From the NCBI GenBank assembly GCA_002269645.1, contig NIVC01000984.1, forward strand, positions 248,001 through 312,000: 64,000 nt of DNA. The letters are read 5' to 3'. Made by a program: the position numbers and the translations under genes. Every line of letters starts with the position of its first letter. Within the stretch, counting starts at the first letter, position 1. Shown here piece by piece: positions 39,523 through 51,111 of the stretch. The notes beneath the pieces are model-generated. The model ran no database searches and was not told the DNA's origin. It saw only the letters and a program-made list of their open reading frames with translations. The stretch comes from Macrostomum lignano (Eukaryota).

Positions 39523-40614
39523 GCGGCGGGCTGCGGAGTTGAAAATTCTTTTATTTACATTCCGTTTACACTACTTACACTAGTAGGCAGTAGCAGCTGT
39601 TCAATTAGATTTTTCCTATCGGTTGGGTTGGTAAAGTATGTTTTAGTGTACGGAAATTGTCTATAAAAACCTGTCTTCCAATTTGCGCCTATATAAAAGA
39701 CCCTATCCACTGGCTGCCTGAGGATGATATATCAGATGATGAGGATGATGCTCAGGGGTCGCTGGCTGCAGTTTGACTGTCGCCTTGATCTGCGGCTGCC
39801 CCCTAGCAACTGCAGCTGTATTTCACTTAGCACAAGAGTCGGCAACACATGCGGCCCGGGAACCTATCTATCTGTTCACGGCCCCGGTCCTTTGAAACTT
39901 CACAATAGCTCAAGGTCTCTTCGTAACTCTATTACCTCCATTCTCTTCTCTTTTCTCCTCTCTCATCCCTCAACTCGTTTGTCTCCTCTATTCCCTCTTC
40001 TCTCTCATCTGGCCTGCAGTCATTAGCTAGGTTCTTCACCTGACCTTTGAGGCAAAAAAGTTTGTCAACCTCTGACTTAGCATCTTGATGCCTATTGGTC
40101 TCTTGATTGTGGCATAGGAAGATAACTAAATTTTATTTAAAAGCAAAATAAGCTTGGATAAAGCAGTTTCAACAAATGTCAAATAATCAAACGGAACAAA
40201 TGAGATTTTTTCATCTCTCGTTAAATAGTACTGAACTTATAGTTTAGTCAATACAGCAGCTTATTGTAAAGCAACGCAGCGAAATTCAAATAGGCAGATT
40301 GTATGCAATCATCCAGAATCAACTAGGAAGTGCTTAAGTAACAAACAAAGGACTTAGTATTTACTTCGCTGAATATACGAGTCAAAATGCAATTGGCATG
40401 GCACGCAGTTTTAATGTAACATAAAATGTTCCAGTATTTCTTACAGTACATGTTAAATTAAGGCTATATAGACTGATTATAGTGAAATTTTGTTATTACA
40501 TATGAAATTTTACTAGTAGATATTTGCTTTGAGCAATTAAAAAGACCATATCGTATACTTAAAAGTAAGCTTGAAAAAAACTCTACGCTTTAAATTAACA
40601 TTTCTTTGTCGGTA

Positions 40615-43600
40615 CTAACCGCTTCTGGCGCCCGGTGCCGCGGTAGCTGTCCCTGACGCTGCGGTAGGTGTCATTGGCGCTGCGGTAGCTGTCCTTGGCC
40701 CAGGAATAGCTGTCCCTGGCGCTGCGGTAGCTGTTCTTGGCCCCGGAATAGCTGTCCCTGGCGCTGCGGCAGCTGTTCCTGGCGCCGCATTAGCAGCTGT
40801 CCTTGTCGAATCTGTGGTTACCACAGACTTCACATACGATGAAATTGGCACCGATAGCTTAGGCCCAACCCGCTTAGCATAACCGGCTTGCACTAAATCT
40901 CGCGCAGACGTGAGTTCAGGCTCAGGTACTGAGCTACTATTGCGGTAGGTTCTGGCCCGACCTCGGCGCGCTAGCGGCACTTTTGTTAGCTGCTTCTGAC
41001 CAAGATAGACTACGCTAGTCGCAGTAGAAGTCTCTACAGCTGGTTGAGAACTAACGCTAGCTGACTGCTGCGACGGTGGCGGAGGCAGATTCGGTAAAGA
41101 AATATTCGCTTTCGGCCGCTCGAAAACTGGCGGCCTCGCAACCCGATGGGGTATGAACTTGTTCAAATTAACCTTGAACGGATCGACCATGACTGTTTCG
41201 GTGCACAATGCACCCGAGCCGCCGCTGACGCTGTTCTCTTTGCCGTGAGTTGGTTTAGTTTTGCTTATAGATTTTGATGCAGGCGGAGTCTGCGCTACCG
41301 ACTCAGCACTAATTACCTGCTGAGTTTGAGCACTGCTACTCAAAAAATGCGATGGCTGATCAGTCGATGAAGTAGCTGCATCAACTGGATTAGCCGACTT
41401 ATTGAAAGAATTCTCCAATATAACAAACTGATCTAATGGCGGCTCTACTACTCCGACAATCTCGACAACTACCCGCTCTACTGTAGGCTTAGTTGACTGC
41501 TGCTCTTCGGCTGATATTTCAACGCTGGATGGCTCGTTTGGCGGCAGAGTTTGAGACGGCTGGTTAGTGAGATCAGCCTGCAGCTCACCTTCTCCAGGAG
41601 CGCACGCCTTCTTAGCCTTGATGGGAGGTTGTACACCCGGCTCTTCTTCATTAGCCGCTTGTTCAACGGCTGCACCATCGTCTGGTTGGACAGCTGCCAA
41701 CGAGTTCACAGTCGCAATCGATGAAACAGACTGGGACTTATTCCCGGCTAGCAATGTTCTGCGCCTTTTATTACTTCTAATACTGCCCGATGTTGCAACA
41801 GACTTGGGTGTCTGAGACGGCCGCTTAAAAGAATCAGCCTGTAGCATACCTTCTTTAATAGCGCATACCTGCTTAGCCTTAGTGGAAGGCTGTGCACCTG
41901 ACTTTTCTTCATTAGCCGCTTGTTCAACTGCTGCATCATCGTCTGGCTGGCCAGCTACCAACAATTCCTCAATCGAGCTGGCATCAATCGATGAACCAGA
42001 CTGGGATGTCTCCGATGGCAAAGTTCTGCGCCTTTTATTACTTCTACTGCTGCCCGCTGTTGCAACAGACTTAGGTGTTTGAGAGGGCCGCTTAGAAGAA
42101 TCAGCCTGTAGCTCACCCCCAGGAGCGCGTGCCTGCTTAGCGTCAATGGAAGGTTGCACACCTGGCTCTTCTTCATTAGAGTACGCTTGTTCAACGGCCG
42201 CATCATCGTCCTGTTGGCCAGCTGCCAACAATTCCTCAATAGAGCTGTCATAAGTCGATGAAGCAGACTGGGATGTCTCAGACAACAAAGTTTTGCGTCT
42301 CTTATTACCTCTACTGCTGGCTGCTGTTGCAACAGACTTAGTTGTAGCCAATCTCAGTCTTTTTCTACCTGTTTGCTTCTTTGTAGGACTAGGACTCCTT
42401 GATTCCTTCATCGACTGAGCCTTCTTTGATGGCCGACCAGCACGCTTTTTAACAGTCTTCCGCTTTTGCGTCGATTTCTTTGCAGCAACGGCAGCAGCCG
42501 GGACGTCGCTTTGAATCTTCCGAGGCCTGGCGCCATCGGGCCGCGCCGAAGCCACGGCGGCGTAGGCGACACGCCTAAAGGGCTGCTCTTCATCAGACTC
42601 GGAATCGCACAGGCCGCGCAGCAGCAGCTCTTTGGTTAAGTCGGCCCGGCTAGTCATATAGCGCTTCATAAAGCTACTACTGCTAGTAGTAGGCGCGTCT
42701 TCAGCATCGATATTGAATTCTTTTGGTTCGGCATCGTTGCTAGGGAACGAGGCCAATAGCTGGTCGGACAGATTCAATGGATTCACGCTATACTCCGCGT
42801 AGTCAGCCAGCAAAGCGCACCGGCTTCGAAGCCAGCTGTCATCGACTGCATCTTCGTCAGCAACATCATCGCTCCTAGCAGCGGTGGACGCTTTCGAGCT
42901 GAGCGGCATTCGCAGTAGCGATTGAAGACGATCGCGAAACACCGTAGCCCGAGGCAAGCTGGCAGAGGTGTGCGCCAAGCCAAGCAGGCGGTACAGACAG
43001 TCGCGCTGCTCGGTGGCCGACTTAGCTAACGGTAGAAGGTCGGTCAGCATGCCGAGCAGACGCTTGCAGACTGCCGGAGACACACTGTCCAACCCAGTGG
43101 CTGGCCGGCCGTCCAGCAGGCTAGCTAAAAATAAATAGGCCTCGGCAAGCTGCCCGGAGGCCGTGCTAGCTGATTCAATCAGCACGTCGGCCAGCTCAGT
43201 TGAGAAGTCCAGGCCGCCGGGTACAAGATCGTCTAGCATGCACAGGAATGCGTCCATAGATGTCGGATTGTCGTCGGTGGCACTTCCGGCACAAGAAGTA
43301 TCGGCAGACTGGGTCAGATTGGAATACCTGGCAATGCGTTCTAGAAGAGTTTCAACATCGCGCGGCTTCTTGTCTGTGCCGGGTACTCGGCGGAGCAGGC
43401 GAAGCCAAATTGCCCGAGCGCTGGCCAGATGCCAGTTGTCAAGGACGTCAGCAACAACGGCTAGCTCCGCTTGCGACCAGCTGTACAAGCTGGCATTCAA
43501 TTTGGCGGTCATCTCATTGCTGACTGAGCTGCTGTCAGCAGTAGCGAATTCGTGATCTTTAGAGCCGCTTGCGGCTGCACTGTGCGCCATTGGTAGGCCG

Positions 43601-43635
43601 TCACTGCCAGTCAGATTGACAGGCCTTTCATGCAT
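40615..43635 (-). CDS. Uncharacterised 1006-aa protein; SNAPC2-like N-terminal third and a long disordered repeat region
   Basis: 3-kb uninterrupted ORF. WSQAELAVV...KKPRDVETLLERI, PTSMDAFLCMLDDL...FSTELADVL and AYLFLASLLDGRPATGL. A possible donor G|GTTAGT at the end means it may splice further. Confidence 0.85.
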   Translation of the reverse strand: MHERPVNLTGSDGLPMAHSAAASGSKDHEFATADSSSVSNEMTAKLNASLYSWSQAELAVVADVLDNWHLASARAIWLRLLRRVPGTDKKPRDVETLLERIARYSNLTQSADTSCAGSATDDNPTSMDAFLCMLDDLVPGGLDFSTELADVLIESASTASGQLAEAYLFLASLLDGRPATGLDSVSPAVCKRLLGMLTDLLPLAKSATEQRDCLYRLLGLAHTSASLPRATVFRDRLQSLLRMPLSSKASTAARSDDVADEDAVDDSWLRSRCALLADYAEYSVNPLNLSDQLLASFPSNDAEPKEFNIDAEDAPTTSSSSFMKRYMTSRADLTKELLLRGLCDSESDEEQPFRRVAYAAVASARPDGARPRKIQSDVPAAAVAAKKSTQKRKTVKKRAGRPSKKAQSMKESRSPSPTKKQTGRKRLRLATTKSVATAASSRGNKRRKTLLSETSQSASSTYDSSIEELLAAGQQDDDAAVEQAYSNEEEPGVQPSIDAKQARAPGGELQADSSKRPSQTPKSVATAGSSRSNKRRRTLPSETSQSGSSIDASSIEELLVAGQPDDDAAVEQAANEEKSGAQPSTKAKQVCAIKEGMLQADSFKRPSQTPKSVATSGSIRSNKRRRTLLAGNKSQSVSSIATVNSLAAVQPDDGAAVEQAANEEEPGVQPPIKAKKACAPGEGELQADLTNQPSQTLPPNEPSSVEISAEEQQSTKPTVERVVVEIVGVVEPPLDQFVILENSFNKSANPVDAATSSTDQPSHFLSSSAQTQQVISAESVAQTPPASKSISKTKPTHGKENSVSGGSGALCTETVMVDPFKVNLNKFIPHRVARPPVFERPKANISLPNLPPPPSQQSASVSSQPAVETSTATSVVYLGQKQLTKVPLARRGRARTYRNSSSVPEPELTSARDLVQAGYAKRVGPKLSVPISSYVKSVVTTDSTRTAANAAPGTAAAAPGTAIPGPRTATAAPGTAIPGPRTATAAPMTPTAASGTATAAPGARSG

Positions 43636-43829
43636 TATTCAAAGTCTGATTATTAAAAAGCATATATTTAAATCATTACTTAGCTTGGATAGTAAATTAC
43701 TAAATATACATAGGGGGGGGGGTATTACCTCAAATAGAAATCAGGCACAAATATTACTCTTCTCATACTTTTCCTTTTGAACAACCCTATTGGAAACAAA
43801 GCTCAAATTAGACACAAAAGCAGCAGGGC

Positions 43830-44126
43830 CATACATGCGCAACCTCCGAAATTCGGTCGGCCATGCGACTTAGTTTTAACAAAAAAACGACGTAGTTTTT
43901 GACCAAAAATGCGACTTACATGAAAAAAAACCCGAAAGCAAAATTAACGCAACCTTGGGTAAACGGCAGGAGTAACTATAACTGTCTTATTAAGCCAAAA
44001 TGCCTCGTCAGCTACTTAGTACTACTAAGTACTAAGTTTTTGGGTGGGCATTTTTGCGACCTCCTTGGTTGGCCGCCAAATTGGTCGGCCGGATCAGCCG
44101 ACTCGGCCGACTGTTGCGCATGTATG
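43830..44126. mobile_element. hAT-type MITE, copy 2
   Basis: Perfect TIR CATACATGCGCAAC / GTTGCGCATGTATG and perfect 8-bp TSD AGCAGGGC (43822-43829, 44127-44134). Confidence 0.93.
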
Positions 44127-45582
44127 AGCAGGGCTTGTTTTCACACATAAACTTGCAATAATTATTTATAAATATAATAACAAACACATTTGCATACACA
44201 ACTTCTATGGTTGGACAATAAAGAAAAACATGTTTTTTAGGCTTAGAATTGCAGTGCCATTTGGCATCAGTCAGAAAGCTCAAAATCAAATAAAATACCA
44301 ATATATTTTTCTACCTTTACATTGCTAAGCATCTCTGATCCATAGGAATTGCAAAATTCTATATACTCAATTTTTTAACTTAAAATTACTTTTGAAATCC
44401 CAGAAAATCAAAATAAACATAAATTTATTGATGTTTCAAAAAAATATATATAAAAAATGGACCTTCTATAAAGGGTGCCAACTTATTGTTTGGGGATCCA
44501 AATTAAGGATGCCAAAATTAAGATTTATGTGTTATAACACATGCAATAAAAAACTAATGATTGATTAATTGCTTTTTATAAATATTTTATTAAATTAACA
44601 ATGATATTAGACAATATATACTTTTAAAAAGTAAAAAAAACATTTATTTATTACCATATTTGCTATTAATATTGCATTTATTTGGTTTACCTATATGATC
44701 TATAAACTATACTGAAGAGTTCTTTAAAGAAATTGTTAGGCTTTGTTATTTAAAATTTCCATGTTAAAGAATTAATATTATTTCTAAATTGATTGTTGCA
44801 TTAAGCCTATAGGTAATCATTTAAAATGAATGAATATTAATATATTTTCTTTTTTTCTATTTTAGCTTGACAAGACAAGCTAAAATCATTTTATCTATTG
44901 TCTTGTTTCTATTTTTGCTTTTTTTCAATATATCATTTGGTATAATTATTGGCTTTAAACTCACACTTAGCAAGGCTATTAGTAAGCCTATACTAGAAAT
45001 TTTTAAAGTTACCATATATGCCCAACCTTAAAAAATTTCACCCATCTGGTGCAACTTAGTTTTGTCCAGATTTGCAACTTAGTTTCTCCCAATTGCAACT
45101 TTGTTCCTTCCAATTGCAACTTAGTTCCCCTGATTGTGACTTAATTTTCATTTTGTATGACTTTTCTTGCTTTTTTCTTTTTTTCTTTTCTTTTTCCCCT
45201 TTCTCTTTTCTTTGTCTTTTCTTTTCCTTTTCTCTTTTTCACCTTTTTTTCTTCTCCCAATTTTTCATTTTTTGAATTTTTGATTTCGCAACTTACCTTG
45301 TATAACACTGTTGGATGGGTGTTAGGCATGTATGAATGTAACAATTGATAATCAAGCTATTTTGGCATACTATTTAAGTATAGATAAATAATTATTTATA
45401 AATTAGGACTATGGCTTTAAACATGTTTTTAAATCTTTTTATTTAATACATAACAAAAAATATATAATGGTGAATGCTGTAATGGAATATTTTGTATAAA
45501 AGGAAAAAAGTTCAAAAGTTTTTAGGACTTAAAAAACAAAATAGAAATAAATACATCAAGCTATTCATATAATGGACCTAGT

Positions 45583-47135
45583 GGCTTCAAGTCACTGGCA
45601 AAAAGATATTTTGGCAAAAGGCAGTTTGGTGAAAGGACATTTCAGCAAAGCCATTTTGGCGAAAGGTTTTGCTTGACTTGCTTGATTGCATACATTTGTT
45701 ATGTATTCCTTTCCTGACTAGGCCTACGAGCTAAATGCATTTGTTTAAGTGAAGTGAAATGTTTAATATTAAATTTCAACTTGTAATATGTACAAGAATT
45801 ATCCATTTCTACACATTTTTCCAGCTATAATATGTATGAGTGCATGGGTGAGAGTCAAGACACTAGACAAAATGATGCATGTTCACCAATTAGTAACACC
45901 ATGCAAAGGCACTGGGTCTTCCATACATCTTACTGGGGACAGAGTGAGGAATGCACACATGTAAGCAATGTATATAATTGACAAATACAGAGGTTAACGT
46001 TCATATTGCACAATGCAATGCCAAGGGCAAGGAATATCGTGTGCGAATGACACGTTGTGCTCTGCCTAGATTTCAGTGAACAGCCAATCATGTTGCATAT
46101 TGCACAAATGCAAATGCACAAAGGCAAGGAATACCAATGTGTGCAAATGGCACATATATAAGACATGGGTATATTGCGTGTATTGAATATACAAATATCA
46201 AAAACTTTGACTTCTCATTCTGTAATGGATAACTGCACAATGTGCCAGAAAGCTGTTCTTGAGCATCAGCAGGCTTTGTTATGCGATGCCTGCAATCAAT
46301 GGCAGCATTGTGCTTGCAACAGAGGCATTTCGAGACAGCTCTTGATGGGCACACAGAGCTTCTGTCATAAGCTCATGGGTTTGCCATTCCTGCCTAGTAG
46401 ACACATTGCATGAGCATTCTATAAGCTGCATGCAAGTGTGGATTCGGAGCGACTGCAGCAGTTGTGTGACTATGTGTAGTCAACTTGGATCCAAAGCAGC
46501 ATCTGGACCACAGTGGAGCTAGCAGTCTATCGTCATGCGATACGCACTAACAACGATACAGAGGGCTGGCACTGTAAGCTGAACCACCGAGCACAGCATG
46601 GCTAGCTCCAGTTCTACCTGCTTTTGAAGTTGCTGCACAACAAAGGGTGACTTGTCACTGTTGAGGTGCAGTTGCTTGCCCAGGGAGGAGTTCAATGCCT
46701 GCAGTGGGTGGACATCCGCCACCGATAGGAACAGTTTGTGCAGTTTTGGAATGAGTACGACAACAGTATGCGCATAGCCCAGCAGCTCCTTGGGGCCTGC
46801 GGCTGTCTGAATACACCTGCTTGAAATAGAACATGCCAACTGCAATCAAAGTATGGAATCTCCATTTTATATATTATAATTTTCTTTTTGTATTTTTGTA
46901 TGCTCTAACTTACCTTTCAAATGATCATTGTTTTATGTTTTACTGCATTTATACTTATGCTACCAAATATATCAATTCAAAGTTTGAACTTGTCTAAGCT
47001 GTTCAGAGATTGCATGCAAAGTATTGTCAAAGACAGATGCACTGCAGAACCTTTCGCCAAAATGCCTCTGCCAAAATGTCCTTTTGTTGAAATGTCTTTC
47101 GCTGAAATGTCTTTTTGCCAAATTGACCTGTATCC
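45583..47135 (+). mobile_element. Decayed Mutator-like (MULE) element with PHD finger and transposase C-terminal remnants
   Basis: Inverted ends with TTTGGC(A/G)AAA subterminal repeats. Flanks GACCTAGT and GACCTAGC match 7/8. Internal CTMCQKAV...ALLCDACNQWQHCAC (PHD) and VYRHAIRTNNDTEGWHCKLN...FYLLLKLLH with stops. Confidence 0.82.
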
Positions 47136-48389
47136 GACCTAGCCTATTGTATTATAATTCCATTTAACATTGAGAACTAATAATAATTGAAAAAAAGCAA
47201 AATTGGCTTATGTTTTATGTGCAATTTGGCATATAATATTAAGACTTAAATAATAAACTTTAGTATAGGGCCTATGCCTTGAATATTCTATTTTAAATAA
47301 ACTAGCCTAGGAGGGCCTAATATAATAAATGCCAAAAGAAAATATGTCTATTGTCTATAGGCATAATAAGATAAACACTAACCATAAATGCTTAATTTTT
47401 TATGTAAAGTCAAAGAGGGGCCTAAGTCATATTCTTATATCATATTCAATAGGCCCTATAGAAGAGTCAAATTGTTGTAAACAGGCATTTTAATGTCTAT
47501 TATTTATTATATTATAGGCCTACATGGCCATTTTAATTAATTTAAATAGTAGAACACGGTGTCCTGGAACCCATCCCCAGGCACTGGTGGGCAGGCAGCA
47601 GCCAGGCCGATATTGCAGTTGCCCTATGGCTATAGATAGGCCTAGGCCTATGGCAGCAGAACCCAGCTCAAGTAAATCAGCTACTGAGATTCTGAGAACA
47701 ATAAAGATAGATATTACTGCCATTACTTAGGCCTTATCTGAATTCTGAATATATTACATTTCAACGAGAGTGCTGCTACAATTCATCATTCTTCATCATT
47801 CATTTTCCGTCATGCAATAATTTAAATTACCAACTTTGATGCCAATTCATATTTGCGCCAAAGAGAGGGACATTGTTAATCAATCACAAAAACACCATTC
47901 TTTTTTGCCTTAATGTTAGTAGAAGAAAACGATCATAGTACTTTTTTACTTTTTAGTTGCTTTCGATTGGAACTATACTTGCCAATAGCATTTAGAAGCA
48001 AATCGTTACTTTAAAATGCATAGACTTTGTATTAGAACCTTTGTCGTCGAGCGCTTGCGTCGCAATCTAATTAAATAAACAGCTGATAATTAACTTCGTA
48101 ACAGCTAATAATTAACTTCGTCACATCGCGTTTAAAATGCTCGATTTAACATTCTTTAATTTTATATTAATCGCAGTTTTTACATGGGCCTTGAATAATT
48201 GAAAGAAATTGTTGTTTAGTCATTATACATACTTACACACACTGCCTCATATTAGAAACGATTTTGCCATTGCTACGCACACTCATCTTTCGGTGATTTT
48301 TCACCTCCGTGACCTACTACGCAATCTACCATTATTCCACTTTTGCTGTCAAAATGCGCGCGCAAGCGCAGATTTGCGCAGAATAGCGA

Positions 48390-49320
48390 GTCCGCGGGGG
48401 TCGGAGATTTCAGCGTCTCAATTAAAAGCATTTCGACAAAACGCAAACTTCTCGCCTGACCAAGCCGCCGCGGCCCAAGAAGGGATAGCAGCAGCCCGTC
48501 TTGAGACGGTTCAGGGCAGTACTGCTCTGCCCGGATGACGTGGCCGGCCAGCTGTAGGCGCCGGATGCGCAGCAGCTGGCTGGGTCGGGAGAGCTGGGCC
48601 CGTCGGTATACTCGTAACTCGTCATAATTGCTGGTGTTGGTGGTGGCGGTCGGCGAGTAGTGGACACCGAAGGCGGCTCTCAGGAGTCCAGCGTGAGTGG
48701 CGTCGAGTTGCCGCTCCTGCGGGCCGTTCAGTGTCCACGTTTCAGCGTTGTAAAGGAGGACGGTTTCATTGACGGCCTGGAACACCCGCCCTCTCAGCCG
48801 ATCCGGCAGCGCGGGGCTCTGCAGGACAGTCCGCACGGTGCGGAATGCGCCCCAGGCAAGCGCCCTGCGCCGTGCCATGTCCTCCGTGATGCTTGGCAAC
48901 CAGACCACCGAGGTAGACGAACTCTTTGAAGCGGGGCAACAATGCCACCTGCCCGTTCGTGCAGCGGCAGTAGATCTCAGCTCGGAGGTCCGTCGGCACG
49001 GTCAGCACCATCGTCTTTTTGGTGTTCACGGACAGTCCGATCGCAGCGGCCGCCGCCGTCAGCTGGTCTAGCAGCGTTGAGCTCCTTCAGCTGTGCTAGA
49101 CAGCAGCGCTAGATCGTCCGCGTACGCTAGGACGGAGAGTCGCTTCTCGGGGTGCCGCCTGCTTGTTCTGCGGCAGCGCAAGAATCCTTTGGAGTCGTCA
49201 GGGAGGCCAGTGCGCACAGTACCCAGTCCAGGACCAGGACGAACAGAAATGGAGCCAAGGTGTCCCCGTGGAGAACTTCAGAAGACGTCCGGTGTCACAA
49301 CTGCCGCCCTAGTTTCCTGG
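48390..49320 (-). mobile_element. 5'-truncated non-LTR retrotransposon (RTE/RTE-X-like) reverse transcriptase fragment
   Basis: GDTLAPFLFVLVLDWVLR, LAYADDLALLS, GLSVNTKKT, EFVYLG, VLLYNAETWTL, RRLQLAGHVIR with frameshifts. Confidence 0.92.
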
Positions 49321-51111
49321 TACAGAGCTAACACTGTATCAAGCACTGTATACATGTACAAAGGATCACATAAGGACAAGCAGATTATACAGTGGTGCTT
49401 GAGAGTATATTTATTAATATATCAGAACGTCAGTAAGGAATTACATGCAAATGAAAAAGGCAACAATGAATAAAACTAAAGTATGCAAACTACACGAACT
49501 GCAAGTTCATAATAAATTATGCCAAAAAGATTCAAATAAATGTATAGTAATGTAACGTGTCATACTTTAAGATAGAACAAGCGTACATTTTAGACACTGC
49601 AGATTTTTTTTCTGCTTAAAGTAGTATGACACGATTTAAGCTAGCTAAATTTACTATATTTTACATGCATTTTACGCTTGTCCAATCAAGGATGACTTGA
49701 ATTTCGTATAATACCACTTACTTGCTACTCTGTTCCACGGTTGAAAACCCTGTTTAGATTTGATGTATTGTCAATAAAACATATCCACGACACTCATTTA
49801 ACAAAAGGAGAAAAGCAGCATCGTCTTTTCTTCAGCGGCATCACATACTTGTATAACATGGAGGAGGTGGTCACCGTTGAAGTGGTAAGCACAGAATAAC
49901 AAAAAATTATTTAGAGGATCCTTTGGATAGCATTTAATTTTTCATAAGCTGACGACTAGTAATCGCAAAAAAACCAACTGGAATTTAATCGGAGGGCTCT
50001 TGTACTCAGTCGAATTGTTTTTATGACTCGTGAAGGTTTTAATAAGAAGCGTTTGAAACAGGCTTCACTAGTTACATGACATTACATGTACATGACAGTT
50101 ACATGTTACATCAGCTAGATTCAGTTACATGTTACTGACACTATAACCTGTTACATGTAATATACAGTAACTACCGCTCCCTCCAGATAGACCAATGAGC
50201 CCACTGGTTCAAGCGGTTCGAAACTCCGCAGTCCATTGGGTGGGGAAAGGAATTCGGCTGCTTCTTCAATGCTTTGCTTTTGATGGTCTTATAGTGACAA
50301 GAAATTCTCCAGCTTCTTACATCAGTTGATCGACTGGGGCTTGTTTGAAAATGGTAGCATAGGATTCTTTCGCAACTAAATCAGGCAATCCAATTTGATG
50401 TTACTCCCTTTGCTCAAGCTATCAGCAGTTTTGCTAGCTGCTGTAGCTTGAAGTAGCTTTTGGAACGGGTTCTAATCCAAAAGGCTTACGAAAAATTTCA
50501 TTATTAGAAGGACACTGCATGCAGCTAGCGATGGAATTGATCTGCAGAATGTGCAGTATAGGCGGACCAGATCAACTATGTGGTGCTGTAATCGAATTTC
50601 TTTGGCGAAACTCAGAATGGTAGGAAAAGGGGTCTTGGTCAAGGGGGACCAATTTGCACTAGTGAGCAGATCCCGATCCACTTCCTGCAGCAGAAGCGGG
50701 GAGGGCACCTAAAAAGTGGATAGATACAGGGGGATACAGAGGAAATAACGCAAACAAATTCTTTTAGGCTTTGGCTACCGGGTCTCAGCGCGCGTGCACT
50801 TTTGTCCCGGACAGGCTTGGTGCCATAAAAGTAAGGATGCAAGCGGCAAAGATGGCAATAATAAATAGCTAAATCTGATGACCAAATGACATGATCAGAC
50901 ACCGGTCTGTCTGTGTACTTAATATGCAGACAGGAAAAGAAGTATGCAGTACAGAAGGGAAGAATGCGAAGTACATGTACATAGATGTGCTCCGTGATCG
51001 ATCGATAATTATCAAGTCTATTCAGCCCACCGACCAACCTGTACTTGATTTTTGCCCTAAAAAGGTATTTAATGAGATTATTATGATAACAAAGTTTCAA
51101 GCATGCTCTAA

